From assembly GCA_016748015.1 (NCBI GenBank), contig JAAOMT010000470.1, forward strand, positions 253,964-317,963: a stretch of 64,000 bases of DNA. The letters run 5' to 3'. The notes beneath the pieces are model-generated. The model was not told the DNA's origin. It saw nothing but the letters and a program-made list of their open reading frames with translations, and did not search any database. The position numbers were made by a program, and so were the translations under genes. This document shows positions 11,861-25,886 of this stretch, one piece after another. The stretch's first letter is position 1; each line of letters begins with the position of its first letter. Source of the stretch: Geosiphon pyriformis uo1. Lineage: Eukaryota; Fungi; Glomeromycota.

Positions 11861-14800
11861 ATATATATTTTAATAAGTATTATAGTTTACAATTTCTTTA
11901 ATTTCTTAATATTACATAATAAAAAAACTTGTATTATTAATTACAATTTAGTTTTTTATGTTTATATTAGATATATTACAATTTGTTTTATTAATAATAA
12001 AAACAAATCTATTATTATTTATTTAATTTTGGTTTTTATAAAAGTTAATTTATGTTGAACTGAATTAGAAATACAAAAATAAGCTAATTATAATTAGTTT
12101 AATTATATTTTAATATCTTATATATTTGGTAAAGTTTTTGTTAAATACTTTAAAAAATATATTAAAATTAAATAAGCTATGTTTAGTATAAATTAAGCTA
12201 AAAAACCAGATTTTTATTACTTAATTTATCTTTTTTAGTAATAAATATAAGTCCAAATAGTTTGTAGTACTTTATTTTTCTTATTTTTTGTTGATATTTT
12301 TTTGAACTTTAATTTAACTTTAGTTAAAAAACTTATTTTATTGGTAAATAACACCATTAATTTAAAATTTATTAATTTAATAAGTTAGCAAAAAAATTTA
12401 AATGTTTTTATACTAGTGATTTTTTAATTTTGTTTTTAATATCATTAATAATCTTTTTATTATAGAATTAAAAGAAGAATATAAGAATAAAAAATGATTT
12501 AAGTATAACTATTTATAATAAAACTGCTTTAATTTATGACTTTTTAGAAATTTATAATATTGTTATTAAAATAAAGCTTTAAAATATAATTCAATTTTAA
12601 ATTGTAAATAAATTTGCTAATATCTGAATTTATATTTTTAAAATAAATTTTGACTATTTAAATTTTAATATTACAACTATTATAAATAATTATATGATTA
12701 AATATATGTACAAAGTTTTTAAAATTGTTAATTAGTTTTTATTAATTAGATTATTTTTCAAAAACACATTTTTTATTTCAATTTTAGAACTTTATTCTAA
12801 TATTGCTTTGGTAATATATTTAGTTTATACTAATAAAATTAATTTATTAATTTTTAAAACTATAAATAAATCTTTATTTATGATATTATATTTAAATTTT
12901 TTACTTTTTTGCTTTTATTTATTTACTTAATCATAATTAATTGAATATATTAGCCACTAATGTTATTAATTAGCTATTTTATTTTTAAAATTAATTATTA
13001 AAATAATTTTTGACTTTATTAATAACTTGATCATTGATTTAATTATTAATTTGGTCATTAATTTGATCATAATTTGATTATTAACTGAATTATTAATGTA
13101 AACACTAAATTAATTATTAATTTTTTTTTGAAAATATATAAATAAATTTTTTTAAAATTAAAGAAAAGCATTTACATTCGAATTATATTTAAATCAATAC
13201 AATAATATTAACTTTTTTCTTTTTTTTTACTATTTTTTTTTCTTTTTTTAATTAGTATAATTGTTAATTTTTGTAAAGTATATTAAATAAATATTTACTA
13301 AAAAATGCAATTTACATTTAATATTAAATTTTAAGAATACTAATATAAAGCATAAAATTATATTAGTGTATTATCTTTTGTTAACAATATAAACTATTTT
13401 TTTATTTTCAAATTTTTTTTTATCTTTAAAAAAAATAGTGGCTGAAATATTTATAAAACTGATCTTGTATATTAAATTTTTACTAATTTAATTTATTTAT
13501 TAAAGTTAAATTATTTATAATACATAATTAAAACAATTTAGCTTATATTAAACTTAATTTTTTTTATTTTGTCTTATTTGTTTTTTAATTAAAAACAATT
13601 TAGCTAAAAATCTTGACATTTTTAAAATTGGTTTTTAGTTAAATATTTAACTAAAATTTATTTTATATATATTATTTATTTTCTTAATCAAGCATATTTT
13701 AAAGAAAAATTCAAAACAAAAAACAATTATATTAATTAATTAATATTTTAAAATATCTAAATTGTTTTATATTATAAAAATATAAGTTTTTTATCTTTAT
13801 ATTGAAAATTTTTTTAAGATCTTATAAAATAGCTTAAAATTTGCTACAACAAATTTATATAATAATAATTACAAGTTTTAAATAATTAAAAGATATTTTT
13901 AGGAATTTTCATTACATAGTTTACTTAAAAAATTGTTAAAAAAACTGCTTAACAAAATCTTCAATAATTTTCTAAAAATAATAACCAAAATACAACTTTT
14001 TTAATTACATAGTTTGAAAAAAAAGTTTATATTACAATATTAATATTCAAATAAAAACTAAAACTAAAACAAAGAATACAAAGTTTAGAAAAAATAGTTA
14101 TAAAATATGTTAAGGCTATTTAAAAATTAATTAAATACATAAATTTAAAAAAAATTGGATAAAAAAACAAAAATTTTTTTTTTTTACAAAAACTTAAAAA
14201 TAAATTTGTTCTATGTTTTATGGTCTTTTTTTGCCATTAAAAATAATTTCACATTAAATTAAATAATAAAAATAGCTTAAAAAATATGTTTTTTCTCAAA
14301 TAACTATTTCTGTTTTTGTTTTTTTCTAATAATTATTACATTATTTATTATTTATATTCAAGACTTTAATAAATAATTAATAGATTAACTAACAGTAAAT
14401 TTTATTAAACTTTTAAAACTATTAACCAAAACAGTATAAGAAAACTAAAGGCTTTTAAAATTTTAATATTAGTTTTATTATAATTAATTACAACAGTTCC
14501 AATATAATTCAAGATTTTTCAATTTGCTACTAACATAAAAACATTAATTATTTAATATTAAATATAAGAAATAATAATTAAATAAACAATAAAATTACAA
14601 TAATCAAGCTTTTAATTCAAATACAAATTAGACTTATATAAACTTTTTTGAAAAAAATTCTTTAATTAAAACAACAAAATTTTAGTTTTTAAATTAATAA
14701 ATATACTTTTTAAAAAATAAAAATACAAGCTAAAAAAAAATCTCTTGTTTAATTTTAATTTAATTAACAATAACATAAAACTACAAGAAATTAATAACAA

Positions 14801-15128
14801 CTATTAAGTTATATTAGATCTAAAAAACACAAAATAGATTTTAATTTAGATTCTAATATTATTGTTTTAATATTTAATAACAAGAATAAAGTCTCAAAAA
14901 TAAAAGTATTTAAAAATTTATCAAAATTAAAATTATCAAAAATTATATAAAAATTTGGTTCTTATATTATAGTCAAAAATCTAATAGAAACATCTATTTA
15001 TATTATATTTGATTAGTTTATAACTTATTCACAATTCTAAAAAAAACTTTTAAAATTATTAATACCTAAAAAAAACAATTAAAAACTAATAAATATCTTT
15101 AATAAACCATATTAACTCTTAATAATAT
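11861..15128 (+). mobile_element. Extremely AT-decayed ghost of LTR retroelement(s)
   Basis: Almost no G/C. Residual family C 12-bp repeats (~13020-13090) and gag-like relics (e.g. LKLSKII.KFGSYIIVKNLIETSIYI at ~14920-15010). Confidence 0.55.
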
Positions 15129-15821
15129 TGTTACGGATTGGAGTAACAAGCTAACAGATAGCAAGGGAGAACAGGATTGTAGGGTGATGGAAATAATCAA
15201 AGGAAATTCAACTTCAAAGAGCGAATTGAATAAGTATGGATTCAATGTGCAAGATCAGTCTCATAAAATATTTCAGTCACTATTTTTTTTAAAAGATACA
15301 GTAACTGAGGAATCTGAAGGTAGAGGAATAATTTGTACTGTCAACAAATAATCACACTTGGTATAATTCTATGCCTTATGTCAGTGCTCTTAGAATTCAA
15401 TATCAAGTATCAGATGTGTTTTTCAGTTACATTTTATTCAATAATCTTCAAATACTACACTTATACATTTTAGGAAAAGGGTAAAAATTAACTAACAAGT
15501 AATCTTTTATCCCAAGATATTTGAATACTTAAAGATAGGGAAAGAAAAATTAGCAATAAGAGAATGATTGAGATGAAAGTTGTTATTTTATTTATTCTTG
15601 ATTATTTTTAATATGCTTTTCTATAGCTAAGAGATTCATCACTTATATAGTTGTCAAAAGTGGTCAATAATCAGGTCAACGACTAGGTTAATGATTAAGT
15701 CAATAGTCAGATCAATAATCAGATCAATGATCACTATCTAAAAATAGAGTGGTTAATTTATATGACATTAGTAGCTAATACATGTGATATTTAATAAGAA
15801 GTATAAGTTTCAATCATAATA
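15129..15821 (-). repeat. LTR family C (3' LTR) with 12-bp tandem repeats at 15662-15733
   Basis: TGTTACGG...CATAATA termini. PPT-like GAAAAGAATGA next to it on the minus strand. Homologous to 47033-47478. Confidence 0.85.
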
Positions 15822-15832
15822 TCATTCTTTTC

Positions 15833-16720
15833 AAAGAAATTGAGCTCCAGTGAAATCAAGTTATTCATGGAGTAATCTATTTAAAGGATTTTGTCTAACT
15901 CAAAGCTAACTAGTTTGTCTTTTGTGAATAAGGTATATAACACTTGAGGCAAAATGAGTTTTGTATTCAAGAGACCAAATCTTTGTATTAGAGTTTTAGC
16001 TTTTCTAGCAATAGTTAAAACTCTTAAAACATCTAACTGTATAATGCCCAAAATTTCTGCCTGTATCTCTGAAATTGTTTTCTTCATGAGTTTCATATCC
16101 TCTATGATTTCACCAAGGCGACCATAGAGTTTTAATTGCTTTCCATATGACAAGTTTTTGTTTATGAGTAAGATTTTTTGGAGTGTTTTTCCAATTGTGC
16201 TAGAAGATAGAAGTATAGCTGCTGTTATACTTTCCAACAGATATTTATCCATTTTGCTACCAATTCTTTCTTTTTTGGTAGTAGTTTTCTTTGGTCTAAT
16301 AACAGTATGTGTTTCACTGTTATCAGTTATGGTGGTTTGTTTTTCAATGGTCAGAGTAGCATTTGGATAGTTTTTGATCCAATACTTATGGAGAGTATAG
16401 AAGGCATTTTGAATGTTTTAATCCAGAAAATAATTGTTCATGTTGATTGAAGATACCTCTGTTTTGGAAATGGTGCATTTATTTATACTTGATTTTTGCT
16501 GATCATTTGGGCCAGTATTACTACAACAGGCAACCAATCAGGTCGTTTATGATATTTCTTAAGTTGTGTACCATGAACAAGACAATTATTGAAGATTGTT
16601 CCAGATTGATCTTGAAGAATATAAGAACTATTGTTTAAAACTTTGTTGACTATAAAGAGTCCTTTCTATCGGCTAGAAAATTTATCACCATAGACATTGT
16701 CTTTGTCTAAATGGTATCCA
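15833..16720 (-). pseudogene. Family C integrase C-terminus plus ORF3
   Basis: KGLFIVNKVLNNSSYIL...VHGTQLKKY (GPY/F-type region), then ORF 15881-16252 and a DFTGAQFL* terminus at the PPT. Confidence 0.65.
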
Positions 16721-17306
16721 TGATGTCAATTACTCAGTGCTTTAATTTTCTTAATCAATTTAGTAAATCACAATAAAATAAAAAAAATAAAAATAAAAAA
16801 AAAAAATAAAGAAAGAAAATAAAGAAATGAGCCAATGCAATTGCAAGTTAGTATTCTGTCAATAGCCATAATCAAGAGCTATTGTTCCAGTATAGTTAAG
16901 TATCAATTACTATCAATATGAAGTGTTGATAGTGGGAGTGAATTTGAAATAGAGAATAATTATTTATTGATATTTGTGGATTGAAAAGTTGCTTCAATAA
17001 AATCTAAACTGAAAAGTCTCTAACTAAGAAATTCTGTCTTTTCTACTTTCAACACTACTGCTATATATACATGATTTGAATTCTATGAGATCACTCACAT
17101 TCTTGAGCAATATTCTATAATTTCTTAAGCAATGTTCATATTGCTGAGTAATGTGCCATGATTTCTGATATTGCTTCATATTGTTCAGCAATGAGCTGTG
17201 ATTTTTGACATTGCTTCACATTGTTGAGCAATGTGTTCATGTGCTAACTACTATTCTCTTATTAGTCTACTGTTGTCTTATATCTGTTTTCTTTTTATGA
17301 GTAACA
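16720..17306 (-). repeat. Partial LTR, family B variant
   Basis: Ends ATGAGTAACA and carries the CACATTGxTxAGCAATGTG repeats. Homologous to 19851-20654. Confidence 0.8.
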
Positions 17307-20300
17307 ATGGAGACAATAATGCCATTGACTTTGAAAAAGAAGTTGTTAATTTTGTTAATAGAAATTTTGATTGTCCCATTGGCTGTAATAATTCTGGTGC
17401 TTGCCGCATAATTAACTTAGTGATCTAATTGGTTTATAAGTTGTTGTGTGATAATGCTACCTGCTAAACTACTGTTCAAGATCAGTTTGATTGACAACCA
17501 TTGACCTTGACATTAGTGTATATTGCAGTAATGAGTTTAGTATTAAGAATAGCTTCACTAAAAAGAGACATTGTGGTTGATTCTTTAATTTTGAAAAAAA
17601 AAATGGCTGCTAGTAATTTGTTATTGGTGACTATTACTGATAGAATATTGCTGGTGAGTGGTTTCTGGTTTGTTTTTTAGTTGTTGATTTGGGTGGTTTT
17701 AGGAGCCATAAGAAAGCTTAAATAGTTTTGAGAATTTGGGTTTTGGGCATACTTGGTTTCTGAATTTCTTGGACATAATTTTGAGGGTTGTTGGGATGTA
17801 CTAGGGATCAGTTGATAAATAATTATTGCCAATCTTCAGTTTTGCTGAATGGTTTTTGGCTTTTAATTTCCATTGAACACAGTTATTGATAACAGTGTTT
17901 GAATGGTTTGTGGTTGATATATTATTAATGACTGTAATGGTTGATATATTATGGGTGTTGCCGGTTAATAAATTAGAGATATGTATATTGGTTGCTACAT
18001 CATTGAGATGTAATTGAATTGGTATTAATCTTGATTTGGGTAATAGTTTGGAGTTTAAAATCTGCAATTGGGATTTTAATATTGATTTTCTGATTGTGGG
18101 TTATTGTTATAAACTCTGCAGCTGGCTCTAACATGACTTTGTTTACCATAATTGTAGCAAACACACATCTCTGGTTGCCATGGTTGATTGGTTAATAATA
18201 ATAAACATGTCTGATTTTAGAAATAATTTGAGTTTCCTAAATTATTGCATCATTGTAGTGGTTAATAGATTGTCTAATTGTTAATTAAGTACTCTTCTAA
18301 TTTCTAATTAATTGAGTCACTGAATTGTTTCAATTTGAAATCCAAGTTAAATGATCTGTTTATTACTAGATTTATGGTTTGGGCATGGTTGGCTTTGAGT
18401 TCTGTGGCTTCAAAATCTCTGGTGTAAGTAACAGCTGCTTGAAAGTTGACTTAGTAGATATACATATTGCAAGATACTACTGTATAATTCACAGATAAAT
18501 TGATTCAAGATTTGGGCTATAGTGAAATAATTGGTGTTAATAGCTTGGATTTGGTGCAAGTTTCTATGGAAGCATCCTAGATAAGTAGTGACTGCTTCAG
18601 TTTTTCTTTGTTTAATAGTAGTGAAGGCATTGGCTAAGCAATTAATACTATTATTATTGCTAAAATATTGTAGGAACTCAAGTTTAAATGTGTTAAAATC
18701 TTGATATTTGTTGATACTACGAGTTGGCAGTATTCTGGAAGAAGTATGAGATGGCTTGAAATGCTTTGATATTGTTCTATCTATTGCTGTGATGGCTTTT
18801 TCCACATTGTTTAGTCACACTTGCATGTTATCTTCTTTGCCAATAAATTTTTCAATTTTGACAATTGGTGCATATGTCATTAGTTGTTGTTGTGGTGGTT
18901 GTTAAAATGGTTGTTGCAGTTGTTGTTGAAGTAATACTTGTAGCTATTAAATTGGTTTGGCAATTGGTTCAATTAGTGGCTAATTGATTATGATTACTGA
19001 AAATAAGTGTTGTTGATTAATAATGTCAAGATTGAGATTGTTTTGGTTTTTTAGAGTTAGGACACTCAAAGTTTGGTTTTCTGAATTTTCTGAGATTGGG
19101 TTTTTAGTATTAATTCCTTGATTGCTATTTTCTTTCTTAGAGTCAGTTAATTCTCAAGAACTGGTAGTTCCAAAATCTGGTAGTGGTGGTGGTAATTGAA
19201 CTCTTAATGGCATTAAAGATCACGACTTAAATCTCTTAAAATAATTGCTATATGTTCCTAATAACTCTGTTTTTTTCTGTTTATTTTAGAACAGGATTCT
19301 GTTTAGTGGTATTATTATGCTTGCTATAGACATGTCTATTATATTGATAATACTTCTGGATATATGATAATATGATGGATTAGTAGGTGAATCAAATCTT
19401 TGTTTCTTTCAAGTAAGTAGTTGAATTTGCTTTGGTGTTTCTGTTGGTGTTTGTAATCTTCTTTTTTTTTTGTCCACAAAAGTGATAAAAAATCTTTGCT
19501 TGGTGTATTTTTCAATTTTTTTGTTTATTTTCATAATTAGAGGTGCAAATAAATAGTTTTGTAGAAGAGTAGTGCTTTGGAGTAGTTCACTGAAAAAATT
19601 GTTGAAAGTAAATTCTGGATCTTCTTGACCTTTTAAGTAGTATGCAATTTTTTTGTTGATGTAACAATTAAAAGCTAATTCTGTTGGCCAATTATTATTT
19701 GCTAATCTGAAATAGATGTAATAATATTGGAATAAGAATTTTGCAAATCCTAAGTGGTTTGTTCCTGTTTCTTAGAATTCTGCTATTGTTTTGGATGGTT
19801 GCTGTTGGTGCTGGTTCTCTGTTGAATTATACTTTACAGGGAGCACCAAATGTTATAAGTGATTATTTGGAGTCTCGAATCAAATAACAAATCTGTAACT
19901 TAGTGCTAATGGCTAATACAGTTATTATGATCTGAAGATTTTGGTTGTCTAAAGGTTTTGGTTGAGTCTTTTGTATAATAAATAGAGATTTAATAGTTGT
20001 TTTCAGTAGCCTTTCAAAATCACAATTCTGTCAATTTTTTTTTCAGCTTGGTGGCTGGCAATCCTCTGGTAAATAATCCTTAATTTTAAGTGTCTATCCT
20101 TTTACAGAAGTCTTAATCAATTAGTAACAACAAAGAAATAAAATACAAAAGAAAATTTAAAGAAAATAAAATATAAGCCAAGACAAATAATATTAGTATT
20201 CTGTCAATAGCCATAATTAAAAGTTATTGTTTCAGTGTAATCAAGTATTTGATACTATTAACATGAAGTATTAATAGTGAAGAGAGTAATTTAGATAGTA

Positions 20301-20654
20301 ATAATTATTTATTAATATTAATAATTATAATAGAGATGTAATAATGGGAAGGTATCAGTAATTTTTAAATTATTTTTTTCTGTTTCTAATGCTCTTGTTA
20401 TATATACATAATTTAGATTCTATAAGATCACTTACATTCTCGAGTGATGTACTATAATTTTTTGAGCAATGCTTATATTGTTAAGCAATATGTCCTAATT
20501 TTTTAACATTGCTCCATATTGTTAAGCAATGTATTGTAATTTTTGATATTGTTTCACATTGTTGAGCAATATGCTTACATACTAACTACTACTTTCTTAT
20601 TGGTCTATCTGTTTTTTTCTTATTTTTCTTTATATGTTTTTCTTATGAGTAATA
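17307..20654 (-). mobile_element. 5' half of a family B Gypsy element (LTR 19851-20654, PBS TGGTGCTCCC, gag, start of protease)
   Basis: LTR TGTTATAAG...GAGTAATA, PBS at 19839-19848, gag ORF fragments 18410-18805 and 17801-18067, CYNYGKQSH knuckle relic. Confidence 0.85.
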
Positions 20655-22615
20655 CCAAGAAAAGAATTTCAAATTTAAAGTTATGTCTTTTGGCTTAATG
20701 AATGTTTCAGCCACATTTCAATAGCTCATGAAAATTGTTTACACTAAACTATTGTGGAAGTCAGTAATTGTTTACCTAGATAATACCAATGTGTTCTCCA
20801 AGACATTCAATGATCATTTACACTATTTTTAACAAGTATTTAAAAGACTAAGAAGAGCTGGATTAAAGTTAAATGCTACCAAATGTTTCTTTAGCAAAAC
20901 GAAATTAAAATTCTTGGAACATATTGTAAGCAAAGACAGAATCAAGATGGATTCAAACAAAATTAAGATAGTTAAAAACTTTCCAGTACTAACCAACTTG
21001 ACCAAACTACAAGCATTCTTAGGATTTGTGGATTACTATCACTAATTCATTAAAAACTTTTCCAAATTGGCTCAGCTATTACACTAGCTCTAAACAAAGA
21101 ACACCAAATATGAATAGATAGAAAGCCAGCAAGAAGCTTTTAATACATTAAAAAAAAAGCTTATTTAAGCTCTAGTACTAATCTATTCAGATTATAGCAA
21201 GCCATTTATAATTACAACTGATGCATCAGATTAAACATTGAAAACAATACTATCTCAGAAAGAACCAGATAGAAAAGAATATTTAGTAGTATATGCTAAT
21301 CACAGCTTGAGTTCAATAGAAAAAAACTATGGAATATTAGCACTAAAACACTTAGCAATTTATTGGGCAGTTATAAAATAAAAAAAATACTTAAGCCAGA
21401 AATTCGACATATATACTAACCATAAAAAATTGACTTCAATCCAAAAGCAAAAATTTGGAAATGATCATCATACTAAATAAAAAATAAAACTTTCACTATT
21501 TATTTATATAATACATTACAAAAAAAGAAAAGAAAATAGAAATACTGATAGTTTGTTATGAATGAGACAAATCTAAAACTATTCCAATTCAAAATATAAC
21601 AAAAGATAAATACACAAAAATATCAACAACTCTAACACTATATTAGTATTTAGCAGTTTAAGAAAAAATTATCTCTAAAAAAATGGATCAACATAAAACA
21701 ACAATTCAAATATTTTATTATTTATCAAAATATATTATATTAGAAAAACAGAAAAAATTCAGACCAATCATACAAAGTAATTACAGAACCAAAGAAAAAA
21801 ACAATACTATTCAATATGCACTCAAATCCAACAGCAGAATATTTCCATAAAGAAGCAACTATAGAAAAAACCAGAAAAAAATATTATTGGCCATCTATGT
21901 ATTCAGATATTATTTAATATGTTCAAAATTGTAATGCTTATTAGAAAAAAAGAGAAATAAAATCCAGTAAACCATTGAGACCAATCAAAATAAAACAATT
22001 ATTTAATCACATTGGAATTGACTTAGTTGGACCATTAACAATAACCAGTAGAAAAAACAAATATATCACAGTAGCCATGGATTATCTTACTAAGTAGCTG
22101 GAAGCAAAAGCCATTCAAAAAGCAGATGCAAAATCTATAGCCGAATTTGTTCATTAAATTTAATTTATCGACATGAATGCCCAAAAAAATTACTATTCAA
22201 TCAAAAAACTCACTTCATAAATAAAACATTAGCAGAATTAAGTCAAAGATTTAGAATAAAAAGACTATTATCATCATTATATTATCCATAAACCAATGGC
22301 TTAGTTAAAAGGTTTAATAGAACATTGTGTAAAGCAATTGCCAAAATCAACCAAAAAAATCAAAACAAATGGAATTTGTTTATACCATCAATATTATTTG
22401 CTTATTAGACAATAAAGCAAGATATTATACAAACAACACTATTTGAATTAGTATATAGTAGAACAGCAACAATACCAGTAGAGATAAAAGTCAACATGTA
22501 TTTAACTGAACCAATAACAGAAAACAATTTCCAAGAAACATTGTTGAAAAAAACATATAACTTAATGAAAACACTAGAAAACAAATAGCAAAAAGCAGCT
22601 AATAATATTCAAAAG
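20655..22615 (+). pseudogene. Family B Gypsy pol (RT-RH-IN), continued in inverted orientation at 31264->30198
   Basis: VMSFGL, VYLDN (decayed YLDD), TTDAS, GIDLVGPL, AMDYLTK, FNRTLC. Confidence 0.9.
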
Positions 22616-25312
22616 TCTATTAACAAATATTTAAAAACAACTATAGAATTTTTACCATTCCAAATCATGTTTATAATCTTAAGAGTCTTATTACTATCTA
22701 AAGTTGACTATTTCTTAGCAAGATAATTGAATTCAAGCATATTATTTAAAAACTTTTTAACAATTTTGGTAATCAGCAATTTCAACCCAAAAAACTTTAA
22801 AGAGTATTTGTTTTTGGAACATTCAAATTTATTGAACCAGTGTCTAAAAAATGTTTTATTAGCTGACTCCACTATTACCTTCTCCAACAACTTCCACATA
22901 GTATCCAAATTACCACAAGTTTTAGTCACAAAAAATCCAGTCTTTATTACTAAGAATCTGGTTGAAGTACAATCTTTAAATCTTACCTATTTGGCATTAT
23001 TTGTATTTTCGATTCTGAACTTCCAATAATTTTTGTTAGTTTGTTTGCATAAGCTATTCAATTGAATATTCAAAAGACTATCCAAACTAATCAAAATTAA
23101 AACCAAAACAGTCTTGTAATCTGTATCAAAGAACTCAAAAATGAGATTGATTTTATAACTGGCCACTGCAAATAACATACTCTTATTTACAAAAATATAA
23201 TCAATAACTTTCTTAACATTTTTTAAATTGCTCTAAGTAAAAGTTTTGATTAGCAAATGCTTACCAAAGAAATTGATCAAACCCAAATCTGAGCAGAACT
23301 TGAAACTTACACTCTTCTTAAACCTATTTTTATTGAAATTTTTACTCAAAATTACAAAAGTGCTAGAGTTAATAATTTTAGCAATAAAGAAGTTGATTTT
23401 TGCAGCTTGACCAAATTTGGTCTTAGCCAAAGCACCAGCATACAGATTCAAAATCATAACCAAAAGTTTGCCTTTAAAGAAAAGTCATACTAAAATAATC
23501 TAACCAAGAACTTTTTCAATCTTAGAAATATAATACACTAGAAAATTGTTCATAATAATGGCCACTTTAGCACTAAGAAACTTTTTATTTAAACCAGATA
23601 AAAAAATCCTTATTCTATTAAACTTATACATAATCTATAACCTAATGCCAGGCTTTAATTTTGTTTTTGTAATAATTAAAACCATATTTTCTGAATTTAT
23701 ATGCTAATAAACAATGTTTTTCTGCTTGGTAGAAATATTAATATCCTAAATATTACACATAGCAAATTTTTAAATTAGATTTGTTATTGAGAAAAGAAAT
23801 TTTTTACACTCAAACAAGCATTGTCTATTTTGGTTATCAAATCTATAACCATGTTTAATAAACTGTTCAAAATCTTTCTCAGTCTTAAAACAACTAAAAA
23901 ATCAATACTTATTACTTTTACAATAGTTTTATTACTAGTGATTACACTCAAACCCTTACTCATTACTATATCTATCTCTTAATTCTGTGATAAAAAAATT
24001 ATTAATAACTAATATTCAGAGCTAAACTAAGAAATTATTGATTTCAGTGTGTCCAATCTCTTAGCCAGCTTAACCACTTGCTTTGCAAGGCTATCAAGAT
24101 TGTGTTTAAGAGTGGCAAATCTATCATTCAATTTTATAAATACCAATAGAATAGATTTCATCTTTGAAGAGAAACCAAAACCAACTAAGTCATTTTGTGT
24201 AGAAAAAGAAAAGAAAAAAGACCCATCAACAATCTTGGCCCAAGAAGTGCCACCAAAAAAAACAAAATAGACAATTAGTGTTGAACATTTAGCATAGATG
24301 AATACCAATCTGCTTTTATTTTTCTTTAATAACATTCTATGAAATGAACTATCAGAAAAAGCTTTCCTATTCACAAAGCAGTCCAATAAAATATGACCCA
24401 ATTTCTCATATTTAGCATATTTTGCCGAATCTAGATAAGTCCAGTGCAAATTGGCATCTCTCAAAACTGGTATAGTTTTCATAATAGCATTTAATGAATT
24501 AACTAAATCAAAGAAAACAACTACATATTTTATTTGAGCATATAAAACTAGATGTTAATCAATAATACATGTTTTTCTACTCACAAATCCAATAAAATCC
24601 CAAATATCATAAGTATTTGTTTCTATTGGCAGTGTATAGAACAATGCTTTATGATTATTTCTAAAATTTTATGTTTTCTTATCTTTGTTAATTTTAGCTA
24701 CATAAACTGTATTTTTTCTGATTAGAATAAACCATTTTGCTGTAACCAAATCAGTATAATCTATTTCATTAAATTTGACCACAGCTTTTGTTACAGTCCT
24801 ACCAACTGCATCTTGATTGACTTAATCAATCCAAACTCAAAAAGTGCAGCATGCACAGTCTCAGCTATTATCTTAATTGGAATTTTTTTTACCACCACAG
24901 CTTAATTTAAATATACAGCAGATTTTTTGAGATTAGTGTTTATTGTAATCTTCATATTCTTTGCCATATTAGATGCTTAAACCAAGCTTAATTCAGAAAT
25001 AAACATTGCTCTAATAATCCCAGCAAATTTTAAAGGAGTAGAGGCCTTTTTAAAACCATTAATTTTTGAAAATAATTTTCTAACTATTACCAGTTTTTCT
25101 TGAGAAAACTTTTTAGCCACCTTATCTAAACCAATATCCAAAACAAATAATTTTTTAATGAAAATATTAACCAAATTCTTTAAAGGAAAAAGAAAATTCA
25201 GCAGAACATTCAACAAAATATTATCATTATTATTATCATCATTTAAAAAGTTGATTTTCTTTATTGGCTTCTTTAGAGCTTTTTTAGTCTTAACACATGA
25301 ACTTTTTGGTGT
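22616..25312 (-). mobile_element. LINE 5' part (ORF1 with zinc knuckle + APE endonuclease), disrupted
   Basis: Homologous to 60100-62900. FAMCNI, TKIKL, VIDYIF, DTDYKTV motifs. Confidence 0.88.
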
Positions 25313-25886
25313 TGTTACTTATAAAATATAGAAATTATAGTAGTATATATATTAACCAATCAAAAATAGACATAGTAAAATATAGAATTCCAGAATTTTT
25401 CTCAAAGAAATTACAGAATTCCAGAAATTATAGAATTTTCATACAAAGAATCACAGAATTTCTGGCAGAAAAAATTAAAGAATTGAGGAATCTCAAATAT
25501 GTATATATAGCAGTAGTATTAAAAGCAGAAAAAACAGATCTCTTAGTTTGGACTTTTTTTTCTATCTATTCTCTAATTGCTTCAAAGATAGTTTATATCT
25601 GCTGAAATAAATCATCAAATTATCAATAAAATACTTATCTACATCTAATTTATGTTGTTATTATTTGATTAAAAAATATTCATTAAACTCTAAACTATCA
25701 ACACTTTATGTTGATAGCTGTCAATACTTAACTATGTTGGAACAATAGCTCTTAATTACAGCTATTAATAAGATACTAACTTTTTATTGTTTTGGCTTAT
25801 TTTCTTTATTTTCTTTTCTTTCTTTTATTTTTTCTTTTATTGTTGTATACTAATTGATTAAGAATTAAGCACTAAGTTACTAATAT
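25313..25886 (+). repeat. Partial LTR, family B variant
   Basis: Starts TGTTACTTATAA. 3' part homologous to 41460-41655. Cut by an LTR-A insertion. Confidence 0.7.
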
